From: an uncultured Verrucomicrobiales bacterium
Lineage (GTDB): Bacteria; Verrucomicrobiota; Verrucomicrobiia; Verrucomicrobiales; Akkermansiaceae
Assembly (NCBI GenBank): GCA_937916505.1
Contig: CALFSW010000050.1
Location: forward strand, 173-64,172
Length of the DNA stretch: 64,000 nucleotides
Direction: 5' to 3'
The number at the start of each line of letters is the position of its first letter. The first letter of the stretch is position 1. Under the pieces are notes generated by a model, which did not search any database, was not told the origin of the DNA, and worked only from the letters and a program-made list of their open reading frames with translations. This document shows positions 62,535 through 64,000 of this stretch, one piece after another. Made by a program: the position numbers and the translations under genes.

Positions 62535-64000
62535 TTACTCGTCAGCGGGGGTCTCGGGTTTTTCACGAGGCTCATCTGCGGGGATCTCGGGCACGGTGGG
62601 GATGACCGGAACAGCTTCCGGGATGTCCTCCCCGGGAACCGTGGGGATGACGATCTCCGTAAGAGGAATGGCTGAAGGGATTTCAGGTTCGTCCGTGGTG
62701 GGTGTGGGAACAACGGGAACTTCGGTGATGAACTCGTCATCTTCAACGATGATGGCCTCCGGGATACTTGTATCGGGGGCGATTGTTTCGTTGTCTTCGG
62801 TTACGATGAGGGCACGGCCCGCAGGTTTAAGGTTCTCTTGAATCTCAGTTCGAAAATTCCGGAAAAACCGCTTCACCATGGGAGCTGCTTGTCGACCTCC
62901 ACTGACGGTTTCGCCAGGCACGCCCTCGTAGACAACGGCGAAGGCATAGCGGGGATTTTCGTAGGGGAAGAAGCCGGCGAACCATGCCAGGTTTTGGTTT
63001 TTTTCGGGTTTCCATTGTGCAGTCCCGGTCTTGCCGCACATGATGGTAAATCCGAGATCAGCTCTTTGTCCGGTGCCATAGGCGGCATGGACGACATTGC
63101 GCATGCCATTCTTGGTGGTTTCTAATGAAACGGGGGAGAGGTTGAGGTCATTGCGTTTCTTAAAAGCGGGAGCTTCGATCACGCGGCCATGGAAATCTTG
63201 AATTTGGCGGACAAGTTGGAGGTCCATGAGCACGGAGCCGTTTCCAATCGCAGCCATGGATTGGGCGACCTGCAGGGGAGAGGCGAGGACGAGTCCTTGT
63301 CCGATGGAAAGGTTTGCGGTGTCGCCATCGGTGGTGGGACGCCCCATCTTCTCCATAATGTAATCCGGTGAAGGCGCGACTCCTGCTGTTTCTCCGACAA
63401 GGGGAAGGCCGGTCTTGGAGCCGTATCCAAGGCGTCGGCCGACAGAGAGAAAGGCCTGCGGGCCGGTCCTAATCCCAACTTGGTAGAACCAAGGGTTGAT
63501 GGACTTTGCGAGTGCCCGCTTGGCGTCGACCCAGCCCTGATGGCCGCCCGAGTGGTTGCGGAACCATTTATTACCGATCTTGATTTTGTAGGGGCAATCA
63601 AATTTCTGGTCGTAGCGGATGGATCCGCTGTTGATCGCAGCGAGGGTGACGACAGGCTTGAAGGTTGAAGCGGGTGGATATCGGGACTGGAAAGCGCGTC
63701 CGAAGAGGGGAGAGGAAGGGTCTTCGTTGAGTTCCTGATATCGTTCGGTGGTGATGTAGGGCACGAATTCGTTGAGATCGAACGTTGGGAGGGAGGCCAT
63801 CACAAGGACTTCGCCGGTCTGAATGTCGATCACGACAAAAGCACCGCGCTTCGCTCCTTCGCGAAGAACCCGCTCGGCGTAACGTTGCCACTCAAGATCG
63901 ATGGTGGTGACGACGTTTCCTCCCGGGCGGGGGCGTCGGATGGGTTCATCGAGGACCTTGGTTCCGTTCTTATCGAAGAGCATTTTTTTCAAGCCCGGGA
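62535..64000 (-). CDS. mrdA: penicillin-binding protein 2 (transpeptidase), N-terminus outside the window; ~87-aa acidic Pro/Ile/Glu-rich C-terminal tail
   Basis: The active-site block reads PASTFKPVV, with ...GTGQRA... and KTGTAQ (the KTG motif). The reading frame stays open to the window edge. Confidence 0.85.
   Translation of the reverse strand, partial: PGLKKMLFDKNGTKVLDEPIRRPRPGGNVVTTIDLEWQRYAERVLREGAKRGAFVVIDIQTGEVLVMASLPTFDLNEFVPYITTERYQELNEDPSSPLFGRAFQSRYPPASTFKPVVTLAAINSGSIRYDQKFDCPYKIKIGNKWFRNHSGGHQGWVDAKRALAKSINPWFYQVGIRTGPQAFLSVGRRLGYGSKTGLPLVGETAGVAPSPDYIMEKMGRPTTDGDTANLSIGQGLVLASPLQVAQSMAAIGNGSVLMDLQLVRQIQDFHGRVIEAPAFKKRNDLNLSPVSLETTKNGMRNVVHAAYGTGQRADLGFTIMCGKTGTAQWKPEKNQNLAWFAGFFPYENPRYAFAVVYEGVPGETVSGGRQAAPMVKRFFRNFRTEIQENLKPAGRALIVTEDNETIAPDTSIPEAIIVEDDEFITEVPVVPTPTTDEPEIPSAIPLTEIVIPTVPGEDIPEAVPVIPTVPEIPADEPREKPETPADE

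Noticed and set aside
1-64000. Looked for CRISPR arrays, tRNA/rRNA/tmRNA-like sequences, IS elements, integrases, phage or plasmid genes, toxin-antitoxin pairs and known defence-system genes.
   Set aside because: None was seen by eye in the intergenic regions or the ORF translations. The only tandem repeat found is the coding (GACCAT)5. A proper tRNAscan, Infernal or defence-finder run could still reveal something I missed.

Overview
Gene-dense 64-kb chromosomal window with about 55 protein genes and roughly mid-50s % GC by eye. I found no rRNA, tRNA, CRISPR array, transposase, integrase or phage genes. The gene content points to a PVC-superphylum genome, most likely Verrucomicrobiota (Opitutae-like); this is inference only. 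Supporting content: a PSCyt/DUF1549/DUF1553 + DUF1501 pair, formylglycine-type sulfatases, LamG and lamin-tail-domain secreted proteins sharing a C-terminal '...FYRL' module, a TPR-secretin, and TGTTC-N4-GAACA palindromes. Housekeeping genes: priA (partial), trpF-crcB, parE and parC, recA, nrnA-truB-lspA, rluD, avtA, polX-lipB, ilvE, mrdA (partial). Accessory blocks: (1) a non-E. coli-type rhamnose operon rhaI-rhaEW-rhaB behind a truncated LacI-family gene; (2) CNNM-pqiA(split in two)-pqiB-pqiC; (3) an exported flavoprotein + double-FMN-bind/polyferredoxin membrane protein + methyltransferase cluster; (4) a permease-TIGR03943(His-rich)-MoxR-AsmA-like operon; (5) a DUF1553-DUF1501-sulfatase-sulfatase remnant-lipoprotein operon; (6) an isolated secretin / single-pass membrane protein / ExeA-like P-loop ATPase module with a long Pro-rich tail. 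Block (6) is my best candidate for an undescribed envelope system. Other observations: a homopolymer frameshift in the LamG gene that hides a conserved C-terminal module; a perfect LexA-box-like palindrome with a plausible promoter and a 49-codon Arg/Trp-rich ORF in an otherwise empty gap; related boxes at polX and recA; and a (GACCAT)5 coding microsatellite. All product calls rest on motifs I recognise in the translations. No database search was run.
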